Positions 21,914 to 31,622 of a DNA stretch of 64,000 nt are shown one piece after another. The notes beneath the pieces are model-generated. The model saw nothing but the letters and a program-made list of their open reading frames with translations. It was not told where the DNA came from and did no database searches. Each line of letters opens with the position of its first letter. The first letter of the stretch is position 1. Position numbers and translations under genes: made by a program. Source of the DNA: Porticoccaceae bacterium (lineage in GTDB: Bacteria > Pseudomonadota > Gammaproteobacteria > Pseudomonadales > Porticoccaceae); NCBI GenBank assembly GCA_024959305.1, contig JANXGQ010000036.1, positions 8,624 to 72,623 of the forward strand, in the 5' to 3' direction.

Positions 21914-24024
21914 TGCCTGCACTCAGCCTAGACAAAATAGCGACTAACCAACTGCGGGGTGTCGGTCCTCAGCTAGCCAAGCGGCTACAAAAACTGGGAT
22001 TGCGCAACCTGCAAGATCTATTGTTTCATCTGCCACTGCGCTACGTAGACAGAACCCAAATAACCCCGATCAGCAGCCTCCAGCCACTGACAGAGGTAGT
22101 TCTCGAAGGACAGATTAAAACTAGCGAGGTTGTTTTTGGCCGCAGGCGAAGTTTGCTGTGCAAGCTTCAGGATAACAGCGGCACCGCTGTATTGAGGTTT
22201 TTTCATTTTAGTCGCGCCCAACAAGAACGCCTAAAACCCGGTGTTCGACTGCGCTGTTTTGGAGAGGTAAGGCGCGGCAGATTTGGTCTCGAACTCTATC
22301 ACCCAGAGTACCAGCATATAGACGGCAACAATGCGGCCAGTTTGGAAAAAACATTAACCCCCATCTATCCCACCACTGAGGGAATCACTCAGGTACGCAT
22401 TAGGGATCTCTGTACTCAAGCATTAGAGCATCTTAACCGCCATGGCATCTCGGAACTATTGCCAGAACAACTTAAACAGCAAATAGGTGGTGCGCTCTCC
22501 TATTCTCTTATCGATGCTCTACAACTTATCCACTCACCGCCGCCAGGTACCGAACTGCATCGCTTGGCCAGAGGTGAGCACCCCGCACAGCAACGATTAG
22601 CGGCAGAAGAACTGATTGCACACAACCTGAGTCTTTTAAAATTACGGCAAAAAGTTCAGCGCCAGCAAGCCCCAATACTGGTAGAAAATAAGGCGGCTCT
22701 AAATAGCCTTCTCGAGCAATTACCCTTTGAGCTCACCGCCGCTCAACAGCGCGTCGCGGCGGATATTCAAGCGGATATCAGTAAAAATATTCCCATGCTG
22801 CGCTTGATTCAGGGCGATGTGGGGTCGGGCAAAACTGTGATCGCTGCTATGGCGGCATTGCAGGCCATCGCCAATGGCAAACAGGCTGCGCTAATGGCTC
22901 CCACGGAAATCCTCGCCGAACAACACCGCATGAATTTTGAGCAGTGGTTTCAGCCTATGGACATTCGCATTGCCTGGTTAACCGGCAAAGTTAAGGGCAA
23001 GGCTCGAGAAATGCAGCTGGAAACTATTGCCAATGGCAGTGCGCAAATGGTGATCGGCACCCATGCACTGTTTCAAGAAAGCGTGCAGTTTAAGGATCTG
23101 GGTTTAAGCATTATTGACGAACAGCATCGCTTTGGGGTCCACCAGCGTCTGGCTCTGCGCAATAAGGGTTTTGGTTGTGACGATTCCCAAAAAGATGCAA
23201 CTGCCCCTCATCAACTTATTATGACGGCAACGCCGATTCCGCGAACATTGGCAATGAGCGCCTATGCCGACCTCGATTGCTCCGTTATTGATCAACTGCC
23301 GCCCGGGCGAACGCCCGTGAAAACAGCCGTATTAAGCAATCTGCGCCGCAATGATATTATTCAACGAGTCAGGGCATCCTGTGCCGACGGACGCCAAGCC
23401 TACTGGGTGTGCACATTGATTGAAGAATCCGATGTACTTGAAGCTCAGGCCGCCGAGGTCACCGCCAACGAATTGCAGCTTATGCTGCCCGAACTGTCCA
23501 TAGGCTTAGTGCATGGCCGCATCAAACCGCGCGAAAAATTAGCGGTGATGGATGCCTTTAAATCTGCTGAGATAAATTTGCTGGTGGCGACCACGGTCAT
23601 AGAGGTGGGTGTGGATGTGCCCAATGCCAGTTTAATGATTATTGAAAATGCCGAGCGCTTGGGATTATCGCAATTACACCAACTCAGAGGCAGAGTGGGC
23701 CGAGGTGCAATTCAAAGCCATTGTGTTCTGCTCTACAGTCATCCCATATCCGCCAATGGCAGTGCGAGATTAAAGATTATGCGCGAAACCACCGACGGTT
23801 TCGCCATTGCAGAGAAAGATCTTGAATTAAGGGGGCCGGGGGAGTTGCTGGGCACGCGCCAAACCGGCGATATGCAACTACAAATTGCCGACTTACAGCG
23901 CGATGCACAGCTGCTACCACAAATAAAACAAGCTGCCGAGAGTCTTCTTAACCATCACCCCAACAATGTCTCAGCACTGATCGATCGCTGGCTGGGTTCA
24001 AGTGAACAATATGCGCAGGCATAA
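21913..24024 (+). CDS. recG: ATP-dependent DNA helicase RecG
   Basis: QGDVGSGKT, MAPTEILAEQH, DEQHRFG, MTATPIPRTL, QLHQLRGRVGRG, DLELRGPGE. Confidence 0.98.
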   Translation: MPALSLDKIATNQLRGVGPQLAKRLQKLGLRNLQDLLFHLPLRYVDRTQITPISSLQPLTEVVLEGQIKTSEVVFGRRRSLLCKLQDNSGTAVLRFFHFSRAQQERLKPGVRLRCFGEVRRGRFGLELYHPEYQHIDGNNAASLEKTLTPIYPTTEGITQVRIRDLCTQALEHLNRHGISELLPEQLKQQIGGALSYSLIDALQLIHSPPPGTELHRLARGEHPAQQRLAAEELIAHNLSLLKLRQKVQRQQAPILVENKAALNSLLEQLPFELTAAQQRVAADIQADISKNIPMLRLIQGDVGSGKTVIAAMAALQAIANGKQAALMAPTEILAEQHRMNFEQWFQPMDIRIAWLTGKVKGKAREMQLETIANGSAQMVIGTHALFQESVQFKDLGLSIIDEQHRFGVHQRLALRNKGFGCDDSQKDATAPHQLIMTATPIPRTLAMSAYADLDCSVIDQLPPGRTPVKTAVLSNLRRNDIIQRVRASCADGRQAYWVCTLIEESDVLEAQAAEVTANELQLMLPELSIGLVHGRIKPREKLAVMDAFKSAEINLLVATTVIEVGVDVPNASLMIIENAERLGLSQLHQLRGRVGRGAIQSHCVLLYSHPISANGSARLKIMRETTDGFAIAEKDLELRGPGELLGTRQTGDMQLQIADLQRDAQLLPQIKQAAESLLNHHPNNVSALIDRWLGSSEQYAQA

Positions 24025-24120
24025 ATGCAGTGGTCTTATGTGGAATTTTTTTTAAAATTGCTATTTTAATTTTGTCGCGACCGCTTATAATCAGCGCCAA
24101 GAAAACTGAGGGAATAACCC

Positions 24121-24801
24121 ATGGCTTTTAGTAATCCGATTTCAGACCTGTTTGGCAAGTCCCCTATAAAACCGCTTCAAGAACATATGTCTCTTGTTGT
24201 TAAATGTTCTTCCCAACTGACCCCTTTTTTCGATGCAGCTATTGCCAATCAATGGGAGCAGGCCTCAGATATCTTTGACAGCATTTCAAAAGACGAAGAC
24301 CATGCAGATGAACTAAAAAAACAATTTCGTCTCAATATGCCGAAAAGTCTTTTTATGCCAGTTTCACGCTCAGATCTACTGGGCATATTGGCTCACCAAG
24401 ACAGTATTGCCAATCTATCCAAAGATATATGCGGCATAGTGCTGGGTCGTAAAATGGATATTCCCAAGTCACTGCAAGCAGATTTTCTAGGCTTTATCAA
24501 AAGCGCTATTCAAACCTCGGAGCAGGCCTTGAAGGCCATCAACGAACTGGACGAGCTTCTTGAAACAGGATTTGTCGGACAGGAAGTAAAGTTTGTCCAA
24601 AAATTGATCCGCGAACTGGATGCACAGGAGCACAGAGTTGATAAGAAGGAAAGAAAGCTTCGTCTGGGCCTATTTAAAATTGAGCATGATTTGCCGCCAA
24701 TCCATGTGATGTTTCTCTATAACGTCATTGATAATATTGGTGAGGTCGCCGACACCGCAGAGCGTGTGGGCAACCGTTTAGAGCTCCTCATAGCCAAATA
24801 A
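24121..24801 (+). CDS. DUF47 (TIGR00153-type) phosphate transport regulator
   Basis: LFGKSPIKPLQEHM, LFMPVSRSDLL, QDSIAN, IGEVADTAERVG. Paired with a PiT transporter. Confidence 0.92.
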   Translation: MAFSNPISDLFGKSPIKPLQEHMSLVVKCSSQLTPFFDAAIANQWEQASDIFDSISKDEDHADELKKQFRLNMPKSLFMPVSRSDLLGILAHQDSIANLSKDICGIVLGRKMDIPKSLQADFLGFIKSAIQTSEQALKAINELDELLETGFVGQEVKFVQKLIRELDAQEHRVDKKERKLRLGLFKIEHDLPPIHVMFLYNVIDNIGEVADTAERVGNRLELLIAK

Positions 24802-24823
24802 ATAACTTTCGGAACCCATCATC

Positions 24824-26101
24824 ATGGAATTATTTACTGAGTACGGCACCCTATTGATTATTCTTGCGGGAATGTTCGGCTTTTTTATGGCCTGGGGTGT
24901 TGGCGCCAATGACGTAGCCAACGCAATGGGCACTTCAGTGGGCTCCAAAGCACTGACTATCAAACAGGCCATTCTAATCGCCATGGTATTTGAGTTTGCC
25001 GGTGCCTACCTAGCTGGCGGTGAAGTGACCTCCACTATACGCAAAGGCATTGTAGACACCGCTATATTTGCTGAACAACCGGACTACCTAGTGTTCGGGA
25101 TGTTATCGGCTCTTTTGGCCGCCGGCACCTGGTTGATGATCGCAAGCATTATGGGCTGGCCAGTTTCAACCACCCATTCTATTGTCGGATCAATTGTTGG
25201 TTTCGCCGCTGTGGGCGTATCCGTAGATGCGGTTAATTGGGACAAGGTAAGCACCATAGTGGCCAGCTGGGTAGTATCGCCAGTGCTAGCAGGGACCATT
25301 TCCTTTGCCCTTTTCCGCAGTGTTCAACGGCTAATTCTGATTCATGATAATCCGTTTGAAAGAGCCAAGAAATACGTGCCCTTTTATATGTTTGCCGTGG
25401 GATTCCTAATGGCAATGGTAACCATGCTCAAAGGCTTAAAACATGTCTTTAAAGATATAGGCGTGCAACTGAACTTTAGTGAAACTGCTGTATTAGCAGC
25501 AATTTTCGGATTGCTAGTGGCGGTTCTCGGCACCTATTTGCTGTCAAAGGTAAAACGTGACGAATCCCTTGAGGTAAATGACCGTTTTGCCAATGTAGAA
25601 AAAGTGTTCGCGGTACTGATGGTATTTACCGCCTGTAGTATGGCCTTTGCCCATGGCTCAAATGATGTAGCCAACGCGGTTGGTCCTCTGGCCGCCGTGG
25701 TTAACGTGGTCAGCTCCGGTGGTGATATAGCTGCAAAAAGTGCTATGCCCGGCTGGATTTTGCTATTGGGCGGGGCCGGTATTGTTGTGGGTCTGGCGAC
25801 CTACGGCTTTAAGGTGATGGGCACCATTGGTCGCAAAATCACTGAACTGACTCCGAGTAGAGGATTTGCTGCGGAGCTGGGTGCTGCGGCCACCGTAGTA
25901 TTGGCATCGGGAACCGGCTTGCCCATATCCACCACCCACACCTTGGTGGGAGCTGTATTAGGGGTTGGAATGGCGCGTGGTATTGGCGCGCTCAATTTGC
26001 GTATGGTAGGGGCAATTTTTGTATCTTGGGTGGTTACCCTTCCCGCCGGCGCCGCACTCTCAATCCTTTTCTTCTTTTTCTTTAAAGGGGTATTTGGATA
26101 A
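24824..26101 (+). CDS. Inorganic phosphate transporter, PiT family
   Basis: Two PiT signatures (GANDVANAMGT, HGSNDVANAVG) plus PVSTTH/PISTTH; hydrophobic. Confidence 0.95.
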   Translation: MELFTEYGTLLIILAGMFGFFMAWGVGANDVANAMGTSVGSKALTIKQAILIAMVFEFAGAYLAGGEVTSTIRKGIVDTAIFAEQPDYLVFGMLSALLAAGTWLMIASIMGWPVSTTHSIVGSIVGFAAVGVSVDAVNWDKVSTIVASWVVSPVLAGTISFALFRSVQRLILIHDNPFERAKKYVPFYMFAVGFLMAMVTMLKGLKHVFKDIGVQLNFSETAVLAAIFGLLVAVLGTYLLSKVKRDESLEVNDRFANVEKVFAVLMVFTACSMAFAHGSNDVANAVGPLAAVVNVVSSGGDIAAKSAMPGWILLLGGAGIVVGLATYGFKVMGTIGRKITELTPSRGFAAELGAAATVVLASGTGLPISTTHTLVGAVLGVGMARGIGALNLRMVGAIFVSWVVTLPAGAALSILFFFFFKGVFG

Positions 26102-26140
26102 TCCTAATTTCGCAGTTGAACTGTCAACGAAATCAATTTA

Positions 26141-26200
26141 AGCGCGATAACTGTGCAATTGACAGATTCTAGCCACTGCTCTACGCACCAATACTGTGCC
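26141..26200. promoter_or_regulatory. Two candidate NtrC-type enhancer sites
   Basis: AGCGCGATAACTGTGCA (26141-26157) and CGCACCAATACTGTGCC (26184-26200) partially match TGCACCA-N3-TGGTGCA and lie upstream of the sigma54-like promoter. Confidence 0.5.
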
Positions 26201-26249
26201 ACGCCAATAACCGCCGACTTAAAACTCTTGTCAGGAAACTTTTTTAGTT

Positions 26250-26265
26250 TGGCACGAATTTTGTA
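26250..26265 (+). promoter_or_regulatory. Candidate sigma54 (-24/-12) promoter of the nirB operon
   Basis: TGGCAC-GAATT-TTGTA vs consensus TGGCAC-N5-TTGCW; correct GG-N10-G spacing, one mismatch at -12. Confidence 0.62.
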
Positions 26266-26337
26266 TATGGTAGGGTAGAAAGGCGCTAGGTTGTCAACCC
26301 ACTCTTTTAAGGGCAGCAGCCTAGTGCATCATAAGAT

Positions 26338-26477
26338 GAGACCTTTGCACGGATAGAGATTTTGTTCTCAGACAAGGCAAAATCGCACGGAATAAGGGAG
26401 TTTATAGATCATAAATGACCGAATGAGTACGATTTTAACGCCGTATGAGGGCAAAAGATCATTTGCGCAAAGGTCTC
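26338..26477. mobile_element. 140-bp miniature inverted-repeat element (MITE) in the nirB leader
   Basis: TIRs GAGACCTTTGC / GCAAAGGTCTC (11 bp perfect, 12/13 extended). Direct repeat AAGAT on both flanks (26333-26337 and 26478-26482). Internal pairings AAAATCG...CGATTTT and TTTAT-agatc-ATAAA. No ORF. Confidence 0.8.
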
Positions 26478-26499
26478 AAGATAAGTGAAGGAAAAAATA

Positions 26500-29025
26500 A
26501 TGTTAAATGTAGTTGTAGTAGGTAACGGCATGGTGGGTCACCATTATGTGGCGCAGCTAGTGGATTCCGGTATTGATGCCAAAATTACCGTTATTGGTGG
26601 CGAACCCAGACCCGCTTATGATCGGGTTCACCTCTCGGAGTTTTTTGCCGGCCGGTCGCCAGAAGAACTGGCACTTACAACTAGAGAGCATTACGCTGAA
26701 TTGGGAGTCGATGCTCATTTTGGCGATCCTGTCGAGCGCATAGATCGCGACAATAAAACGGTCATTACTAACGCTGGCCGCAGCTTCTCCTACGACAAGC
26801 TAGTGCTGGCCACCGGCTCCTATCCCTTTGTGCCCCCAATAGCGGGCTCTGACCACCAAGCCTGTGCGGTGTACCGAACCATCGATGATTTAGGCAATAT
26901 TCAAGCACAGTCCAAAGGTGCAAAAGTAGGGGTTGTCGTGGGCGGCGGTCTGCTGGGTCTAGAAGCAGCCAATGCACTGCAAAATCTCGGCCTGGAAACC
27001 CATGTAGTCGAATTCGCACCCGGGCTAATGGGCGTGCAATTAGATACTGGTGGCAGCGCCATGTTGCGCCGCAAGATTGAGGCCCTAGGGGTGCAAGTAC
27101 ACACTAGAAAGGCCACAGAGGTCATTGAAGAAAATGTACAGGGCGAAACCCGCCTAGAGATGAAGTTTGCCGATGGCGAGTCGCTGGCCACAGATGTTAT
27201 TGTATTTTCTGCGGGAATTCGCCCCTATGATCAACTGGCACGGGATGCAGATCTCAAGGTTGGCGAACGCGGTGGAATTGACGTCGATTACCATTGTAAA
27301 ACCAGTGATTCAGATATTTTTGCTATAGGCGAATGCGCTCTGTTTGGCGGTCGTATCTTCGGTTTGGTAGCGCCAGGTTACCGCATGGCTGAGGCCGCAG
27401 TCAGCCAACTCGGCAACGATCCCATACCTTTTCAGGGTGCAGATATGAGCACCAAGCTAAAATTGCTCGGTGTAGATGTGGGTTCCATTGGCGATGCTCA
27501 CGGCAAGTGTGAAGGCTCCATTGCCTATACTTTTAGCGATGAGCGTATCGAAATCTACAAACGTATTATCGTCAGCGCAGATGGCAAAAAACTACTGGGC
27601 GCTGTTTTAGTCGGTGACTGCTCAGACTATGACAGCTTGCTCCAGTACTTTTTAAATGACATTGAGCTGCCCGCAGACCCTGAAACCTTAATTCTGCCTT
27701 ATAACGCCGGCTCTGCACCCACTTTGGGCGCCGCGGCACTGCCTGCCACCGCCACTATCTGCTCCTGCCACAATGTCAGCAAAGGCGATATTGTCGATGC
27801 GATGGAGGCGGGACACTGCTCCCTTGCCGCGGTAAAATCTGAAACCGCCGCCAGCACCGGTTGCGGTGGCTGTACCGCACTGCTGAAAAATATTGTCGAT
27901 ACCGAAATGGCCGAGCGCGGACTTGAAGTTGATACCTCGATCTGCGAACACTTTGCCCACACCCGCCAAGAGTTGTTCCATCTGATCAAAGTGGGCAGTA
28001 TCAAAAGCTTTGATGAGCTACTCGACAAACATGGCACGGGGCGCGGCTGTGATATCTGCAAGCCAGCGACCGGATCTATCCTCGCCTCACTGTGGAATGA
28101 CTATGTCTTAGAAGAAAAACATGTGGGCTTGCAGGATACCAACGATACATTTTTAGCCAATATGCAAAAAAACGGGACCTACTCTGTAGTTCCGCGAATT
28201 GCCGGTGGTGAAATCACTCCCGACAAACTGATTGTGCTGGGTCAGGTGGCGAAGAAATATAACCTCTATACAAAGATTACTGGAGGTCAGCGCATTGATT
28301 TATTCGGTGCGCGAGTGCAGCACCTGCCCGCTATCTGGAAAGAATTGGTCGAGGCCGGTTTTGAAACGGGTCACGCCTACGGCAAAGCATTGCGCACAGT
28401 GAAATCCTGTGTGGGCAGCACCTGGTGTAGATACGGCGTGCAAGACAGTGTCGCTATGGCTCTGTATGTAGAAAACCGCTACAAAGGCCTGCGCTCACCG
28501 CACAAGCTAAAATCCGCAGTGTCGGGCTGTACTCGGGAATGCGCCGAGGCCCAGTCTAAAGACTTTGGTGTGATAGCCACAGAAAATGGTTGGAATCTAT
28601 TTGTTTGCGGCAACGGCGGTATGAAACCACGCCATGCCGACCTGTTCGCCACTGATTTGGATGATGAAACTCTGATTAAATACATAGATCGCTTTTTAAT
28701 GTTCTATGTGCGCACCGCTGACCGCCTGCAGCGCACTTCTGTGTGGATGGACAACCTAGAGGGCGGTCTGGATTATCTCAAGCAGGTAGTGATCGAAGAT
28801 TCTCTGGGTATCGCCGCCGAACTTGAAGAACAGATGAACAATATTGTCGGCACCTATCAATGTGAGTGGAAAACCACCATTGAAGATCCTGAGCGTCTCA
28901 AGCGTTTTGTGCAGTTTGTTAATACTGACGAAGACGACGAGAAGATTATCTTTGTGCAGGAACGCGGACAGCCGCGACCGGCTACAGAAGAAGAGCGCCA
29001 GACACTACTGAAAGAAACTGCGTAG
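26500..29025 (+). CDS. nirB: Assimilatory nitrite reductase (NADH), large subunit
   Basis: VVVGNGMVGH, KLVLATGSYPFVPP, GGGLLGLEAA, CSCHNV/TGCGGC, CEHF...GCDICKP, RTVKSCVGSTWCRYG, GCTRECAEAQ siroheme/[4Fe-4S] ligands. Confidence 0.96.
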   Translation: MLNVVVVGNGMVGHHYVAQLVDSGIDAKITVIGGEPRPAYDRVHLSEFFAGRSPEELALTTREHYAELGVDAHFGDPVERIDRDNKTVITNAGRSFSYDKLVLATGSYPFVPPIAGSDHQACAVYRTIDDLGNIQAQSKGAKVGVVVGGGLLGLEAANALQNLGLETHVVEFAPGLMGVQLDTGGSAMLRRKIEALGVQVHTRKATEVIEENVQGETRLEMKFADGESLATDVIVFSAGIRPYDQLARDADLKVGERGGIDVDYHCKTSDSDIFAIGECALFGGRIFGLVAPGYRMAEAAVSQLGNDPIPFQGADMSTKLKLLGVDVGSIGDAHGKCEGSIAYTFSDERIEIYKRIIVSADGKKLLGAVLVGDCSDYDSLLQYFLNDIELPADPETLILPYNAGSAPTLGAAALPATATICSCHNVSKGDIVDAMEAGHCSLAAVKSETAASTGCGGCTALLKNIVDTEMAERGLEVDTSICEHFAHTRQELFHLIKVGSIKSFDELLDKHGTGRGCDICKPATGSILASLWNDYVLEEKHVGLQDTNDTFLANMQKNGTYSVVPRIAGGEITPDKLIVLGQVAKKYNLYTKITGGQRIDLFGARVQHLPAIWKELVEAGFETGHAYGKALRTVKSCVGSTWCRYGVQDSVAMALYVENRYKGLRSPHKLKSAVSGCTRECAEAQSKDFGVIATENGWNLFVCGNGGMKPRHADLFATDLDDETLIKYIDRFLMFYVRTADRLQRTSVWMDNLEGGLDYLKQVVIEDSLGIAAELEEQMNNIVGTYQCEWKTTIEDPERLKRFVQFVNTDEDDEKIIFVQERGQPRPATEEERQTLLKETA

Positions 29026-29033
29026 GAATTGAT

Positions 29034-29372
29034 ATGACCCAAGATAACAAACTAGTGGCTCTGTGCAAACAGTCCGACCTTATACCCAACTCAGGCATTT
29101 GTGCACGCGTAGGAGATCAACAGATTGCCCTATTCTATCTGCCCAAGGAAACGCCTCAGGTGTATGCCATTGGCGACTGGGACCCCATTGGCAAAGCCAA
29201 TGTGTTATCCCGAGGCATAGTCGGAGATATTGACGGGCGCATCGTTGTCGCCTCGCCACTCTATAAGCAGCACTTCGATCTTCACACCGGCGATTGCCTA
29301 GAAGACGCAACGGCCAATGTGCCCTGCTACCGCGTCAGCCTAGATGGCGATCAAGTGCTGATCGCACTTTAA
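29034..29372 (+). CDS. nirD: Nitrite reductase small subunit
   Basis: QIALF...YAIGDWDPIGKANVLSRGIVGD...VASPLYKQHFDLHTGDCLED. Confidence 0.95.
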   Translation: MTQDNKLVALCKQSDLIPNSGICARVGDQQIALFYLPKETPQVYAIGDWDPIGKANVLSRGIVGDIDGRIVVASPLYKQHFDLHTGDCLEDATANVPCYRVSLDGDQVLIAL

Positions 29373-29406
29373 ACGTAGATATGTACCAGATTTGGGACCT
29401 AATAAT

Positions 29407-31596
29407 ATGATTTTTGGACGGAAAAAGCGCAAACCAATCGTCATTCCTGCCAAGCCAGTCGCTGAGTGGAAATACACCACCTGTAACTATTGCTCGACCG
29501 GCTGCGCGATTGAAGTTGGCTTGAGCGAAGAGGGCAAAATCGTCTCCAGTCGCGGCCATGCGGGCGCGGATGTAAACCGCGGCAAGCTCTGCATCAAGGG
29601 AATTCTCGAGCACGATCTATTTCAATCGGCCGGGCGCGGCACCCAACCCCTGATGCGCAACCGCTTCCAAGAAGAATTTCAGCCAACCGACTGGGATACA
29701 GCTCTGGACCACAGCGCCGCCAAGATCAAGGAAATCCAACAGAAGTACGGCCGCGACAGTTTTGCCGTGGTGTCCACGGGCCAGCTGTACACCGAAGAGT
29801 TTTACACGCTGGGCAAGTTGGTGCGCGGCTGTATCGGCACCAACAATTACGATGGCAATACCACGCTGTGCATGGCGTCCGCGGTGGCCGGCTATAAGCG
29901 CTCCTTCGGCTCGGATGGCCCGCCAGGGTGCTACGAAGACTTTGAGCATACACAGTGCTTTATGGCATTCGGCTCCAACCTTCCAGAGCAACACCCGATT
30001 ATTTACTGGCGCCTGAAAGAAGCGCATGAAAAACGCGCCTTTCCGATTATCTGTGTCGACCCGCGGGTGACCATGCTGGCGCAGTTCGCAGATATTCACC
30101 TGCCGATTACACCAGGCACCGATTGCGTTCTGATCAACGCCATGCTGCATGTGATTATCTCTGAGGGCCTGCATGACGAGGAGTACATCCGCGCCCACAC
30201 CAATGGTTTCGAGGAACTCAAAGCCACGGTGGCAGACTATGACCCGGTTCAGGCCCAGCATATATGCGGTATTGACGAGGACATGATCCGCCATGTGGCA
30301 CGGCTTTACGCCAAAGCCGATGCGGCCATGTCAATCTGGACCATGGGCATCAATCAGAGTACCCACGGCACCGACGGCGTATGCAATATCAACAATCTAA
30401 ATTTGATAACGGGAAATATCGGCAAGCCCGGCGGCACCTCCCTGTCCATTACCGGCCAGTGTAATGCCATGGGCACCCGCGAGTGGTCGTCCTGCTCTGG
30501 ATTGCCCGGTTACCGCAAACTGGAAGAAGCGGCGCACCGCGAGGAAATCGCCGATTTTTGGGGAATCGATCCCGAGTTTTTCCCCAAGCAGCGCGGTTTA
30601 GCGCAAACTGATATCTTCCCAGCTATCGAGGCCGGTCAGATCAAGGGGCTGTGGCTGGTCGCCACCAACCCGCTCACGTCCATGCCCAATCAGGCGCGCA
30701 TGCGCAAGATGTTCGAAAAACTGGATTTTCTGATTGTGCAGGACGTGTACGAGGATGTGGAAACCAATCAGTATTCCCATGTATTTTTCCCCGCCGCGGT
30801 CTGGGCGGAGAAAGAGGGCTGTCAAACCAACACCGAGCGCCGCGTCAACCTAGTCCGCAAGGTGATTGAACCCATGGGCGATTGCAAGGCGGATTTCTGG
30901 ATCTTCCGCGAAATGGCCAAGCGCTTCGAAAACGGCCAAGTAATCAATTTCCCAGAAACCACTGAAGCCACCTTTGAAGAGATGAAAGAGCTATCGGTTG
31001 GCGCAGACCGCACGCTGGACATCTCGGGGATGACCTACAGCAAGATTGAACAGGCCAAGGGTATTCAGTGGCCCTATCGCGAGGATGCACAGGGGCTCAA
31101 AGGGGATGCTCGCCTCTATACCGACGGCAAATTCCAGACTCCAGACGGCAAGGCCAATCTGATTGCGGTCAAATTCCGCGACAACAACGAGAAGCCGGAC
31201 GACAGCTACCCCTTCTGGTGCAACAGCGGCCGCGTGGTCGAACATTTCCACACCCGCACCAAGACCGGAAAGATCGGCAACCAAAACAAGTTTAGCCCCA
31301 CGCCCTATATGGAAATTAATCCAGACGCGGCAGAGGAGCTCGGTGTCGAGCACCTGTCCTATGTGCGCCTAGTGTCCAGACGTGGTGATGCGGTGGTGCT
31401 GGCCCAGCTTACCCATCGGGTACCGCGCGACATGATATTTATCCCCTTCCATTTTTACGACTGCGTGAACCGGCTGACTCTGGGCCTGCTCGATCCCATC
31501 TCGCGGCAGCCCGCATTTAAGCAGTGCGCAGTGCGCATCGAAAAAGTCGACCAGCAGGAGGCCGCTCGCTTAAACGTTGAGCGCCGCACCTACTAA
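29407..31596 (+). CDS. nasA: Mo-bisPGD oxidoreductase of the NasA/NarB/NapA nitrate-reductase clade; about 730 aa, no C-terminal BFD extension, no Tat signal
   Basis: CNYCSTGC...GKLCIKG [4Fe-4S] motif, GNTTLCMASAV (Cys Mo ligand as in NapA/NarB), SITGQCNAMG, EGCQTNTERR, SGRVVEHFHTRTKT, FIPFHF, PAFKQCAV. Confidence 0.85.
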   Translation: MIFGRKKRKPIVIPAKPVAEWKYTTCNYCSTGCAIEVGLSEEGKIVSSRGHAGADVNRGKLCIKGILEHDLFQSAGRGTQPLMRNRFQEEFQPTDWDTALDHSAAKIKEIQQKYGRDSFAVVSTGQLYTEEFYTLGKLVRGCIGTNNYDGNTTLCMASAVAGYKRSFGSDGPPGCYEDFEHTQCFMAFGSNLPEQHPIIYWRLKEAHEKRAFPIICVDPRVTMLAQFADIHLPITPGTDCVLINAMLHVIISEGLHDEEYIRAHTNGFEELKATVADYDPVQAQHICGIDEDMIRHVARLYAKADAAMSIWTMGINQSTHGTDGVCNINNLNLITGNIGKPGGTSLSITGQCNAMGTREWSSCSGLPGYRKLEEAAHREEIADFWGIDPEFFPKQRGLAQTDIFPAIEAGQIKGLWLVATNPLTSMPNQARMRKMFEKLDFLIVQDVYEDVETNQYSHVFFPAAVWAEKEGCQTNTERRVNLVRKVIEPMGDCKADFWIFREMAKRFENGQVINFPETTEATFEEMKELSVGADRTLDISGMTYSKIEQAKGIQWPYREDAQGLKGDARLYTDGKFQTPDGKANLIAVKFRDNNEKPDDSYPFWCNSGRVVEHFHTRTKTGKIGNQNKFSPTPYMEINPDAAEELGVEHLSYVRLVSRRGDAVVLAQLTHRVPRDMIFIPFHFYDCVNRLTLGLLDPISRQPAFKQCAVRIEKVDQQEAARLNVERRTY

Positions 31597-31622
31597 ACGC
31601 CGCACCCATTAGGAATTGTGAT

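Noticed and set aside
26276-26499. Known riboswitch (Moco, glutamine) or ANTAR twin-hairpin in the nirB leader
   Set aside because: I could not match the conserved cores by eye, and most of the structure is explained by the MITE. An Rfam search is needed to exclude it formally.
29407-29450. Basic N-terminus GRKKRK of the molybdoenzyme as a Tat signal
   Set aside because: There is no S/T-R-R-x-F-L-K motif and no hydrophobic h-region before the Fe-S cysteines.
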